A DNA stretch of 64,000 nucleotides from Phaeosaccion multiseriatum (GCA_965112735.1 OZ218958.1:1550001-1614000), one strand, 5' to 3'. Positions 43,322 through 56,131 are shown, numbered from the stretch's first letter. Numbers and translations: made by a program. The notes: a model not told the origin generated them from the letters alone.

Positions 43322-44121
43322 CACACACGAGTAGGGGGGGAAGGGTGAGGGGGGGCAAGCAGGAAGAAGAAGAGGGGAAGAGGGGGAAAGGGCAGGAGGG
43401 AAAGGGTCTAGGAGCGGCAGGAGGGGGGGGGCATGCATATTGGACGGGGAAGGCGAGATCAGCAAGTCCACTCCCTCCTTCTGCCCACGCACGCACGCAT
43501 GCACGCATTGTCGACTGCGCAGGGCCGGTCTCGTGTGGTGCTCCTCCTCACCTCCTTCTCCCACTGCTCGCTTTCCCTATTGTACAGGTCTGCGAGTCTC
43601 CTCCTCCTGTCCAGGACACTCTCCTTCTGCTCCTCTTTGAGCTCCGACACGCGTTGGGTATGGCGCCGCCGGGCGATGGTGTCAGCGGTCTTGTTCTCCC
43701 AGTCCGCATATGCAATCACCTTTAGAAAGGAAGCGTGAGTGGGTGGGTGTTTGTGGGTGCCATTCTATCGTTTGAGTCAGTTGGTTCCCACCCCCCGCTC
43801 CATACAGAAGAGGGAGGGGGAGGTGGAGAACACTATCAACATGGGATGTATGCGGTTTTCTCCCCATTTATGGTCTTCCCCTTTCTTGTCCGCGCAACTA
43901 CAAATGTCTCGTGTTCGTTTTGCAAGTCTCCTTCCGTTCGTCCATAAGCAGGTCTGAGGCAACCCCCCCCCCACCTACCCACCCCCCCTCCTCATGCAGT
44001 CTACCTGCTCAGTCTTTTTGATGGTGGAGATGGATTCCTCCAACTGCCGCTCATGCTGTCTGTGCTTCTCGAAGCGCGAGGCATGGGCATCGCCAGAGCG
44101 GGTCGCCTGCTGCCCGAACAT
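39420..44121 (-). CDS. CFAP53: Cilia- and flagella-associated protein 53-like coiled-coil protein
   Basis: Thirteen exons, all in phase. RRRRLADLYNRESEQWEKE, ERKERIRARAIALRDVREKERAQFVQQCYDRQWRDACDDAR and C-terminal YHPRNHTQWYT resemble the CFAP53/CCDC11 family (recognised from memory, not by search). Confidence 0.78.
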
Positions 44122-44671
44122 GCTGGTGCGGAAGAAGCCGGAAGCCCGATGGGCACCTGCCCTGCTCCGATGAAAGACGGATTTTTTAGTCCCGGTCACT
44201 AATCAGTTCCTGCTCAAACTTCCCCTCCTGTTCCCCTTTCTTCTCGCCTGGGAGAGGGCGTGGAGTGAGGTAGGGCGTTGACAGCGGACGGGCGCAAAGA
44301 ACCCTGATCTGCTTCGACACCAAGTGATGCTGCAACAACACCAATAGAAATCTAACAATTACTACGTGCAAAGCAGGGTCGTCAGCCTTCCTCGTTTATA
44401 CAGTCTTTGTCTTATCTGTGTCGTGCTAAGCAGTTTCAAAAGAATCTGTGACCCCGACGACCAAGCATGTTGGTGCTCCAAGAATCCAAATCCAGGAAGC
44501 GGGCGTGTCTCCGTCTCCCTCGGTCTCTCTCTCTCTCTCTGTGTGTATCCCTCCCTCCCCCCCCCCCTCTCTCTCTCTCTCTGCCTCTCTCTCTCTGCCT
44601 CTCTCTCTCTCCCTCCCTCTCTCTCCCTCTCCCGCTCTCCCCCTGTCCCTCCGTCTGGATGCGGAGGGAAA

Positions 44672-46191
44672 ATGCAGCCCACGCATGACTCCAGCTATCT
44701 CCTCGCCCTCGCCAGCGTTGAAAGCGGCTGTGATGAGCCTGACGATGCTGATGTAGACGCCGGCAGCTCGGACCAACCACTCTTGCTGCAAATGCTGGAA
44801 GCTGGAGAGAGCCCTGGGATGGGGCAAACGCACCACGAGGCGAGGGTGATAGCAATGGTCATGGAGAATGAAGGGGGGGAGGGAGGATATCCAATGCTAC
44901 AGGACACCGTGGGTGACTGCTCTGAAGGCGGCGATGGAAAGCGCGGTCGGCGGAGAGCAATGCCCTCGGCGGCCACGAGCTGTCCTGCGTCGATAACTGA
45001 TGCTCGCGCAAGGGCTGCCAACCTGCACCGCTTGGGCTTGTCGACAGACCCGCTCGGTGGTCTATGTATCGCCGCTCGTATCCCGAAGGTCGCGCACCAG
45101 TACGTCGTCCCGCTGCCGGCGGTGTGCAGACGGAAGTGCAAAGCGGGCTGCACCGTAGGGCCACACTGGGGGGGCCTGTTCTGTAAGTAGTTGCATTCCC
45201 TGTGGACTGAACAAGAAAGGGAGTCCGAAGTTCGGAGTCTTGTGTGGAAGAGGAGGGAAGAAGGAGGATGCGGAAGTAGTTGCATTCACTCTGGACTGAA
45301 CAAGACAGGGAGTCCGGAGGTCTTGTGTGGAAGGGGAGGGAGGAAGGGGGGGGGTCTCCTGATGCTTGATTCAGATGGGGTGGTGGTGACAGCCGCAAGG
45401 GAAGAGCTCGTCGTTCTCTGTGGGACTCTTCTTTTCTCGATGCATGCAATCAGACCGTGGTGCGTGATCACACTCACACTGCGTGATGACACTCACCCAC
45501 TCACAGACCGCTCCAGGTGCGGCACCTCTTTCTCTCTCCCCGTGCCTGAACGAACCAACATGCTTTGCTCCCTTCCTTCCCTTCCCAACCAGACACGTTT
45601 GGCGTGATTTGCATCGGGACCCTCATGGTGGTCAACGTCCTGTTGGTGGCGTCGCCCATCTTCTACAAGAAGGCACGTGTACACACAGACAGCTTCGTCG
45701 ACCCCTCTGCCCTGTGCTTGCACGACACACAGCTCAGCTCTTGCCCTTGCTTCGCGCTTTCTGTCTCCCTCCCTCCCTCCCTCCCTCCCTCCCTCACTTC
45801 CTACCCCCTTCCCTCCCTTCATTCCGCATTCCTTCCCTTCCTCCCTCATTCCCTCCCTGCCTCTCTGCCTCCCTTCCTGCCCCCCTCCCTCCCTTACTCA
45901 CTCACTCACTCACTCACACGCGGGTCTCTCCTCTCCTCTCCTCTCTCCTCGCCCCACGCATGTCACAGGTGTGCTTTTGCTTCGCAGCTGCAGTCTCAGT
46001 GTTCTTGTTCGCCACTGGACTTGCGGATCCGGGCATCGTGAGGTACCAGCAGGAGAGAGATGTGCAGCAAACACGGTACGTCTCGAGTACGGCTTGAGGA
46101 GGTCTCGAGAAGGTCGGGTAGGTAGCGTGCGGCGCAGCCACACGGAGAGACAAAACGAGAGAGGGAGAATGAGAGATGGAGAGGGAGAGAA

Positions 46192-46225
<34 letters not shown>

Positions 46226-46321
46226 GGAGAGAGAAGGGGAGAGAGAAAGGGAGAGAGAGAGAGAGAGAAAGAGAGAGACACAAAAAGAGAGAGGGGGACT
46301 GAGAGAGGGAGAGGGAGAGAA

Positions 46322-46384
<63 letters not shown>

Positions 46385-47107
46385 GAGAGATACAGACAGA
46401 CAGACAGACAGACAGACAGAGTGACGAGACGCAGTCAAGCAGGAGACGATGCACGCGGCCGGCAGGGTGGCGAGATGATAGACAACAACGACACTAACAG
46501 AAACACACTCACACACACGCACACACACAACAAGGCTTTGCTTTACTGACTCATTTGTGTTTGCTCTGGAGCGTGTGGTTATCTTCGACAAGGGTCTCTG
46601 TCACTCTCTCTCACTCTCTCTCTCTCCCTCTCTCTCTCTGTGTGTGTGTGTGTTTGTGTGCCCCGAAACGTCCGTCATGGGTGGGGCAGGTATTGCGGCG
46701 TTTGTGAGGTGTTTCCTCCAGAGGGAAGCTATCACTGCGAGGAGTGCGGCTGCTGTATAGAGGGTGTACGTGCAGCATTGTGTGTGTGTTGCGTGTGTGT
46801 ATGTTGTGGGTGTGTATGTGGGAGGGGGGGGGGGATGTATGTGCGTGTGTATGTGGGCGTGTGTGTATATGTGTGGATCCGCGCATGTGTGTATGGGCGG
46901 GGGGGTGTATATGTGTGTATGTGTGTGTGTAGGTGGGTGTGTGCGTGTGAGTGTCACGGTGTCCCGCCCGGGTACGCATCTTGAGATGTAAGGCCAATTT
47001 TCATCGTCCTATCACCATCCCCTTCCCCCTGCCCTGCTCTCTTCCTCCTCTCCTTCCGGCTCTCGGTCACTCGTTCTTCCTCCCACCAGTACGACCACCA
47101 CTGGTAC

Positions 47108-47172
<65 letters not shown>

Positions 47173-47672
47173 CTTTCACCCCGCCTCTACGTCCCTCTCT
47201 TCCAACGTGTCTTCCTCTCCCTGCCTCTAAGTCCCTTCTCATACATGCCTTGCCCCGCCCCGTGTTTGAACTATCCGGTACCCTACACCCCCACCCCCGT
47301 ACCCCATACCCCATACCCTACCCTACCCTACACCCGCAACCCTTAACCGTTGTACCCCATACCCTATACCCCTACACCCTCAACCCTATACCGTTGTACC
47401 CCATACCCTATACCCTATACCCTATACCCTGTACCCTGTACCCCATACCGTATACCCTATACCCCTACACCCTCAACCCTATACCTCACACCCTACACCC
47501 CCATTTACCCCATACCCCAAACCCCATACGCGCACCCCCTCCCAATCGTACCCCCCCCAGCCCCTGGATGGGCAAGTGCATAGGAAAAGGCAACATGGCG
47601 TACTTCATCCTGTTCAATGTGACGTGGATGATGTACGTCATCTTCGTTCTCACCAACATGCTGCTGCAGTAG
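44672..47672 (+). CDS. DHHC-type protein S-acyltransferase (palmitoyltransferase)
   Basis: Spliced core: VGPHW...TM1/TM2...ADPG...RYCGVCEVFPPEGSYHCEECGCCIEG|YDHHC|PWMGKCIGKGNMAYFILF. Confidence 0.9.
47280..47530 (+). repeat. Degenerate (TACCCTA/TACCCCA)n heptamer tract
   Basis: Directly visible in the last DHHC intron; a similar reverse-complement tract lies at about 42466-42545. Confidence 0.85.
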
Positions 47673-47949
47673 CAGAGCAGTGGGGTAGGAGGGAGGGAGG
47701 GCAGAGGGGTGTATAGAGTGTATATTGAGTGTATGCAGGAGCGTGTTGCAGTGATAGAGTTGGTGAGATAAATCGATGTCGACACTGCATATCGATCTCT
47801 ACTTCCTCTTCACTCCTTTAGTACTTGTACTCCTTTCTTTCCTTGCCTTTCCGACTCTATGTAGCTAATAAGATTAGGAGAGAGGTATCCCAACAAAAGT
47901 AGGAGGGGAGGAGGGGAGGAGAGGGCAGAGAGTGGCAGAGGAGAGTGGG

Positions 47950-48266
47950 TGTAGGTGTATGGTCAGGACATCGACATTTGGTATCGAGAGGGTCGACATT
48001 GGTCTAATTCGGGACTGTGGGCGGGAGGTTATCGGGTCAGTGACAAGGCCGTGTAGTAGGCAAAAGGAGATAAGGAAAAAAGGAAGAGGATATCGGGCAT
48101 GAGGAGAAGGCCCCTTTTCCTGGTATCCTCTTCCCTTTTTCCTTATCTCCTTTTGCCTACTACACGGCCTTGTCACTGACCCGATAACCTCCCGCCCACA
48201 GTCCCGAATTAGACCAATGTCGACCCTCTCGATACCAAATGTCAATGTCCTGACCATACACCTACA
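47950..48266. ncRNA. Long near-perfect inverted repeat; candidate miRNA/hp-siRNA precursor or foldback element
   Basis: Arm about 47950-48097 is the reverse complement of about 48119-48266 with 4 substitutions and a loop of about 21 nt. The hairpin is certain; RNA status is inference. Confidence 0.5.
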
Positions 48267-48714
48267 TGGGTGTACTACAGGGGGGGAGCAGGAGACGCGG
48301 AGAGTGTTAGAAGTCGTGTACTTTTTGCTAGACTGATTGATACATACCCTCTACAGTAACAAGGGCCATCTAGAGGAGAGGTCAACTCAAGACTTCTTTA
48401 GTTCAGAAATCGAACGAAAAAAAAATCGACCCAAGAAAAGTCGACCTTTAAACTGAAACTGCAAGTTACATAACCCTTACGTAACGACACATCACAAAAT
48501 CCTTGATTTCTTCAAGCCCAACTGTGTTGTAAAAAAGGGATTAATAAGCTTCTTTGACTTGGTGGTTGCGGAGGGTACCGTCGATAGCAGCGTGAGCAGT
48601 AGGCAGCAAGAATAGCAGGACAAGGCTGCTGACTTCGACTCATTTGGGGTCTGGAAGCCCAAACGGCGTCCTCAGGAAGCATCACCACACCGCGCGACAG
48701 CAGTGCAAGCCGCA

Positions 48715-50965
48715 ATGGACTTGGTTAGCGCAACAAAACGGTGGGTTCCTGACGAAGAGAGTGGCGAGGATTGCCCAATATGCAGCAAGAAGTTTGAGCC
48801 AAGTCTCATGGAAGGCTCAGTGACGGGAAAGACGCACTGCAGGTACTGCGGAGGAGTGTACTGCGTGTCTTGCTGCGCCTCCAAGCTGTACATGCCCGAT
48901 GGGGAGATTGTGAGGCCGCCTGTCACAGAGACCATCAGCACCCTGCGGTTCGACGCTTCAGACAAGCAAAAGTGTTGCTCCAAGTGTGCCAAGGTGAGAA
49001 GATTTTTTTTTGGGGGGAGAGAGCCATGGTGCCTTGGTGGCTTCGAGGACCGAGGAAGGGATGGATGTTGTATGGTAGCTTCGAGGACAAAGGAAGGGAG
49101 AAAATGAGTGCTTTATGGTAGCTTCGAGGACAAAGGAAGGGAGAAGATGGGTGCGACAGGGTAGCTTCGAGGGCCGAGGAAAAGAGAAGGGAAGACACGG
49201 AAGCTGAGAGGGGCAGTCTCCTGGGAGGGGCGGTGTCCGAAAGTTGCCTGTGGGGCAAGGAAGGGCAGAGGGGGGCGGGCGGTATCGAAGGCATCGGCAG
49301 CGGCAGGAAGAGGAGGGTGACGTGGGTCGCAGTCGAGCTGCCTTCATGATGTAGTGCTGCCCCCTCTTGCAAGCTCCACCGTATCTTGCGACATGGCCCT
49401 TTGCCCTTTTCATGAACCATCTTCCAAGTTGTCCCCCTTGTTTCCTCCTTGCTCAACTTGCTTTATCCCTCTCTCTCCCTGTTTGTCCCTCTGACTCTCT
49501 CTCTCTGACTTTCCCTCTCTCGCTCGCTCTCGCTGTCTCTCCTTCTCTGCCTCTCCCTCCAACCTGTCCTGGTAAACATCTGACCTTCCTCTCCGCAGAT
49601 CCTCCAGCCCCACCAGGCCGAGATTAAGGAGACACTGGACGCCGCTGTCCCCGCCGCGGCCCCCCTCTTGGGATCACCGAGGAGTAGCTTGAGTAGGATG
49701 AGCAGCTTCTCGCTGAGCAGTCTGCTCGAGAAGCCAAAGGTGCAGCCGCCGTACTACACCATTACCATCAGCCAAGCCGAGGTGGGTGGGTGGGTGGGAA
49801 GAAATGGAAGGAGAGGAAGATGGTCAAGTCAGTCGGGTCCCTCAATCAGTGAGCCGTACGACGCCATGACCATCAGTGGAGCCGAGATTGGTGGGAAGGA
49901 AGAAAGACAAAGAGAGGGGGACAGGGGAAAGTACGGCTAGTCAGTTAGTCGATCAGTCGGTCAACCAGTCTGTTCTGGAACTGAAGGGAGGGGAGGAGGA
50001 AGAAGAGGAGGACGAGGAGGATGGGTCAACGCGAGCGATTGCGTTCGTAAGTCACCTCCTTCCCCCCCCTTTCGCAGCGAAACCTTCGTCTCAAGGACGG
50101 GAGATTGGTTCTTCGCTATTGGTTCACAAATGACCAAGCCTCTCTCACTTACTCACCACCCGCCTGCCTACCTACCTCTCCCTTTCACACCTACCTACCT
50201 ACCTGTCTGCCCACCTATCTGCCGACCTTTACCTACCCACCCACCTACCTACCCACCTACCTATCTACCCACCTACCTACCTCTCTCTCCATGTCTCTAC
50301 CTCCCCCCCCCCTCCCTCCCTCCCGCAGAACGTGTCCTCCAGCTCCTCCGATAGCGTGTTTGTGCAAGCATCAGTCGGGTCGGCCTCATACACCACCTCA
50401 GCCGCCAAGAACCCTTCCAAGCCCTGCTGGGGAGACGAGCCCTTTGATGTCCACGTGGCTAGCGAGGAGGACAACACAGTCTCGCTCAAGTGCTATGTCG
50501 ACGGAGGATCTGGAAGGGTGAGAGAGAGAGAGAGAGGGGGGGGGGGGGGTGAGGGGAGGAGGGGAGGGAGGGACAAGAGGGGAGGGAGAGAGGACGGAGA
50601 GGGGGACGGAGGGAGGGAGGGAGAGAGAGAGAGGGAGAGAGAGACACTTCTCAACCCTTAACGGCAGGCACGTTATCCTTGTCAACCCTAACGTAACGTA
50701 ACCTCCTAACCCACCGTACCTCATCTCATCTCACCTCACTTCACCCCACCCTTGTTTGGGTACCCCCCCCACGCACCCCATGTCTATGCACCGGTGCCCT
50801 CGACACGTCCACAGGAGTGCGTAGGAGAGATATCCGAGGCGCTGACCACCACAGGCGAGGAGGGACGCTGGGTGGACCTCAAGCGCGGCAGGGAAGGCGC
50901 TAAGGTACGAACCGCCTCTGTAGGGCAGTCCTCACTCCCTCTCTCCTCTATTTCTTGCTTTCTCC

Positions 50966-50997
<32 letters not shown>

Positions 50998-52843
50998 ATG
51001 TGTGTGTGTGAGAGTATGCCTTGTGTTGGTGCATTGCTTCGTGTATGGAGACAAGTGGGCCGCAGAAATGGAGGGGGGATGGCAGTAGGTGGAGGAGAGG
51101 GGGGATGGCAGCAGGTGGAGGAGAGGCACCGAAGATTGGGGGTATTGGGGTGGCGTACCGTCGTTCACACGACGCCCAAATGTGTGTAAGATAGGACAGG
51201 CACCTGTGTTATCGATGGGCTGACCCACAAGCATGTAACCCCCTGTTGCGCTGCCCTTCCGTGCCCTCCATCTGTGTGGGCTGCGCGGCGTTTCTTAACC
51301 TTCCTTTGCCGTCCCTGGCCTTACCCCCCCTTGCCTTGCCTTGCCTTCCCTCCCCTCCCCCCCCCTTTTCCGTTGGCAGGTGAAGCTGTGCGCGTCCTTC
51401 ACCGGCCTCAATCGAGCGGCCCCGGTTGTGAGCCCCAAGGTGCGGCCCTTTGCCCTGTTTGTGGTTTCAGTTTCGGTTTATTGACCCCGACCCATTTGGA
51501 GGGTCGATTTTTAATCGATTTGCTCTTTTGTTCCCACGGCTGGACGGGAAAAAGCGGGAGAGGAAGCCCACTCATACTCTTTGTGGAGTCAAAATACTCT
51601 TTGTGGAGTCAAAAGCATAAGAATTCGCATTCAATGGGTGGGGGGAATACGCTTCCTTCGCTTCCATTGGGGGGGGGGGCGGGGGGGGGGTTAATACGCT
51701 TCCGTTGCCCTCAGGCTGTCGCCTCTCTTCCCTCCTCGTGCCCTCTCCTCTCTCGCCCCACTCACAAGACAAGCCCTTCTCTCTCCCCTCCCTCCCCCTC
51801 GTACCCTGCCCTGCCCTCACCCCCGCCAGACAAAGAGGAAGTCACCACCGGGCCCCGGCTCCCCCACAGGGCGGTCTCCAACCATCAAGGCTGCCAAGAC
51901 ATTCGCAGCTCAGTCGCCACACGCACCTGACGCACCAACAAGTGAGGAAGAAAGGAAGGGAGGAAGGAAGGAAGGAAGGGAGGGAGGGAGGGAGAGGGAG
52001 GGAGTGTAGGAACAGGAAGAGGAGGGAGGGAAATGGATGAGCTCAGTTAGCGCATGGGGTGGGGGTGGTAGACACGCAACAAGTGGGATTAACTCGAGGC
52101 GGCTGGGTCGCTAATGTCTCCCCCCCTTCACAAGAGAGAGGGAGGGCAAGGGAAAAGGAGGAGGAAGAGGAGGATGATGTATGCCACCTGCCTGCGTGCT
52201 GTGCCCTCCGCCTCTCCCTCTCTGTCTCTAACGCCTCTCCATCTCTTGTCGATGCTCTCTCTGTCTCTTGTCTCTGTCTCTGTCTTCTCCTCCTCCTCCT
52301 CCTCCTCCTCCTCCTCCTCCTCCTCCTCCTTCTGCAGAGGGTGGTGCTGATGCTGGTGCTGCTGAAGGAGGAGGGGGGGGGGTGCTGGGCTTCCTCCAGG
52401 ACAAGTCTTGGATCGTGTATTTGTTGTTCCTTGTGGCTGCTGTGGCCTTCAAAGCTCTCTCCACCCCCGCCACCTTCTCTGGCGATCAGATCCTCTTCAA
52501 GCCGGGAGCGTCCATCTCAAATGGCAAATACGTGGCCAGCCCGACGCACCACTTACTCATGCACAAAAGCGGCAGCCTCAAGCTTTGCAAGGGTGCCGCC
52601 CCACTTCCCGTCCCCAAGGGAGGGAAGGCACCCAAGGGAAAGGGGGAAGGGGAAGAAGGGTTGGGGGGGGTGGAGTGGGAGAGTGGGAAGCCCTACGCCG
52701 ACAAGGACTGTCCCAAGTGTGTGGCGAGCCTGGACAAGGGGGGTGAGGTGCTGACGGTGAAGGACGGCAAGACGGTGCTACGGCAGTTCAGCGTGACGCA
52801 GGAGGGCTATCTCAGCGACGTCATCACCACAACACCACCCTAA
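48715..52843 (+). CDS. FYVE-like zinc finger + C2-like domain + single TM + C-terminal domain resembling a bulb-type lectin
   Basis: Seven exons. FYVE: WVPDE, CPIC, THCRYCGGVYCVSCC, CSKC. C2: YTITISQAE, SVFVQASVG, KNPSKPCWGDEPF, ECVGEI, RWVDL. TM: SWIVYLLFLVAAVAF. Confidence 0.82.
49035..49185 (+). repeat. Intronic minisatellite, 4 copies of a core of about 25 nt (GTAGCTTCGAGGACAAAGGAAGGGA)
   Basis: Copies at about 49037, 49075, 49118 and 49162. Confidence 0.85.
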
Positions 52844-55328
52844 AGGCCTGTTGTCTTTCATCAGCACCATCACCACAGCACCACCCTGAGGCCTTTCTTT
52901 GTCTTTCATCAGCACCATCACCACAAACAACAGCGTCACCCACCCTGAAGGAAGAATGCGTTTTATCATCTCCACACCACTACCACGACTCCACCATCAT
53001 CACCACCATCACCACCACCACCATTACCACCACTACCACCACCACCACCACCCCAGGGCCTTAGGCCTTCGCATCACCACAGAGGAGTCACCTCAAGAGA
53101 GCCTTTATCACCACGCGTTTCATCAGCACCACCACACGGCGCCGTCACCCTGTGCATGCAGTCAATCAATAGGCAAGGCCTTTGACTGAAACATCTTTCA
53201 CAGCAAGGACTTTGAAGGAAAGGGGGAGAAGGGCAGCGAAGATGGATCAGTCGAGCCGGGCTGGGGGGGGGGGGGGGGGCAGCGGGAAGGTAGGGAGCCT
53301 CCTTCTCGGCCAAGCCAAGACGGAGTGGCGGAGAAGAGAGCTCAGACACGGAGAGGCCTTCGCTGCCGCTCCCTTCCACCCATGCGTGGGGGTTGGCTTT
53401 GTCGGCGGGGTACGATGCGGGGGCTGCTCCACTCCAACAAAGCACGTCGAGCGTGTGTGTGTGTGTGTGTGTGCGTGTGCGTGTGTGTATTGTGCGTGTG
53501 TTGTGTGTGTGTGTGTGTACGGGGGGGGGTGGGGGGGGTGGGGGGTCAGGTCAGACCCTCCTGGCAGGACGAGCCACACCTGAGCTGAGAGAGAGAGAGC
53601 GCGTCTCTCGATTGTTTGGCCACAGCAGAGGAGAGGGCCCCGAGCTGAGCTTGGGCTTGGGTGCTTGGACCCCTTCATCGCTTCACCGCTTCGTCGCTGG
53701 GGTGGGCTTTCTTTTTGGGTCGGTGTGCTACCGCCACTGACTGTGCCGGTGGCGGTGCAGTACGTTGCAGTGAACAGCTTCGGAGGGTCGGAGGGTAGGA
53801 CGGCCTGGTGTTGGTTCGTCGTCGCTTCCCCTCCCCCCCCCACCCACCTGGTGCTCCTCCCTTTTGTCTTTTGCTTTCCTTTTTGTTGTTTTTGTGTGGC
53901 TATTTAATCTTGGATATCGGGCCTCGTTTTAATCTTTGGGTTAGGGTAAGGGTTTAGTTAGTTGCCAATATTTAATATTGGGGCTTCCGTCTTGGGGTTA
54001 GGTTTGGGGGGTTGTTGCCAACCACAGTGTTTAGTTCGCGGCACCACCGCCAACCAAGCACTGTCTGGTCTCTACAGCCTATCAGAATTGCATTGCTTGC
54101 CACCACCAGGAGAAGTGACTTATTTGTTTTGGATACAATGGATAGAGAGAGAGAGAGAGGTGGGATATATGGATAGAAAGAGGCGGGATATATGGATAGA
54201 AAGATGTGGGTATGGACAGATAGACGGATGAGAGATAGAGGCACAAGCAGTCAGTCAGTCCTCCTCCTCACCGACCCTCAAGATAGATTGACCGATGAGA
54301 GATAGATACAGAATAAGCACTCATTCCTCTCCCGCTGCCGCCACTCGATTGAGGGTCGGTGAGGAGGAGGCGGAGTGACGTGGAAGGGTCGTGCGGTTAG
54401 TTGCTCGCCCGCCCGCATACATACTTTAGAACAAAACCGACCACATAACAATAGATTTTCCCGTTTTTTTTCTGTCATACTGTACTCGTCTATTTTTAGT
54501 CTAATAAAGTGTCAACACATCGTATGGATGTTTAGTAATAGTAACTAAACCGGTGTAGTAATTCGATGTGACTCGAATATATAATCGTAGGGCGCTCCCT
54601 TGTTGCTGTTTTCCGGTGGTACGGAACTTTGCCACAATTTTCCTCTCTTCTTGTGTACTGAATAAGAAAAATGTCGTACGTGGCTCAAAATCCGTTACCG
54701 CTGTCGGCTCGCTCTCGCGCCCCTCTAAGTAAGTGCTCTAATGTGTGGCCCCCCCTTGCTGAAACTGAGGAACATTGCGCGTACACAACAATGCCTCCTC
54801 GCCTCGCCTCAATAAAGTCCCTTCCTTCCTTCCTATAGTTTTCCCTTCTCTTGTCCCCCTAAACCCCCGACCCCCCACCATCCCGCCCTCTGGCTTGATC
54901 CTACACGCGATTACTCTACATGTGAGATCCTACAATCTGCTTCTTCTCTTCCTTCTCTTTGTACTAAAAAAAGACTTTCTTCCCCGAAGCTTCACTTCCT
55001 ACGCAAAGTGATTGTAAATCATATCTTCCGTTCGTAAATATACTGTCAGTCACTGTCAGTCTCCCCACTGCTAATTTTTGCCACACCCCCCCCCCCCCCC
55101 ACCCCGACAACCCGCCTATACTATCCTTCCCCTCCTCTTTTGCCATCCTATTCTACACCGGCAATTAACAAACCTCCTTCTGTCTTTCGTCTTGCTCGCA
55201 CCCTCGTTCCTCCCTCCCTCCTTCCGAACCAACACAACACAACCAACCAACCAACCTGCGGAGCGGGCAGGCTAGCCGCTGCTGGAGAATGTGGGTGGTG
55301 TGTCGATGTGATTGATGATTGGTCATGA

Positions 55329-56094
55329 TCAGAAGGATGAGAAATCGCCTCGCTCCTCGCCCCCAACAAAGCAGGCCGTGAGGTAGAAGGCCTCGGGCTC
55401 GGTCTCTCCGTCCATCTCCATGGGGGAAGGAATGGCACACGTGTCGGACAAGTCGTACGTCTCCAGGCCCAAGCTGGGGATGCAGGGAGGCGGCAGGGAG
55501 TCGGTGTCGAAGCCTTCGCCGAACACCTTGGGCATCTGATTGAGGTGGTATTTGGTGTCGTGTACTGCCATCTTTCCGCTTTGGCCTTGCAGACCGGCCG
55601 CTCCGGCAGCCGCAGCCAGGGAGGCCTGCTGTAGGAGCAGCGATGCGGCCGCCTTTTTACTCTTGGCCGCCTTGCCCCGCGGGGTACCCCCTCCTCCTCC
55701 TGCACCGCCATTTGCAGCTTTTGCAGCCTTGGAGAGGCTGGTGCTGCTGCTCTTCGGCGCCCGCGGTTTCTTGGGTGCGCCTGTGGTGGATGCTGTACCG
55801 CTGGTGCTGCTACTGCCCGCCGCTAATGGCGTCTGCGATACTGCTGGATCCAGAGAACCCGTGCCCTTCGTTGGTCGCGCCGCTGCGACTCCTCCTGCTG
55901 CTGCTACTGCTCCTGCTGCCGATGCCCTCCCTGACGCGCCGGTCTGAGGCAAAGGGGTGTTGCTGCTCAGCTCGCCCTCCAAGGGAAAGTTGACCATTGC
56001 ATTGCTGCCAAAGTGCTTCCTCGCAGCGTTGTCGTGCGCCTTTGCTGCCTCGGTCTCGGACTCGTACACACCGAGATAGAGCTGAAGGGGAGGG

Positions 56095-56131
<37 letters not shown>

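Noticed and set aside
49035-49185. CRISPR-like repeat-spacer pattern
   Set aside because: Only 4 degenerate repeats with short related spacers, inside a eukaryotic intron, with no cas genes; a minisatellite
53182-54244. Short ORFs between the FYVE and AP2 genes
   Set aside because: Low-complexity, overlapping in both strands, with no coherent exon chain
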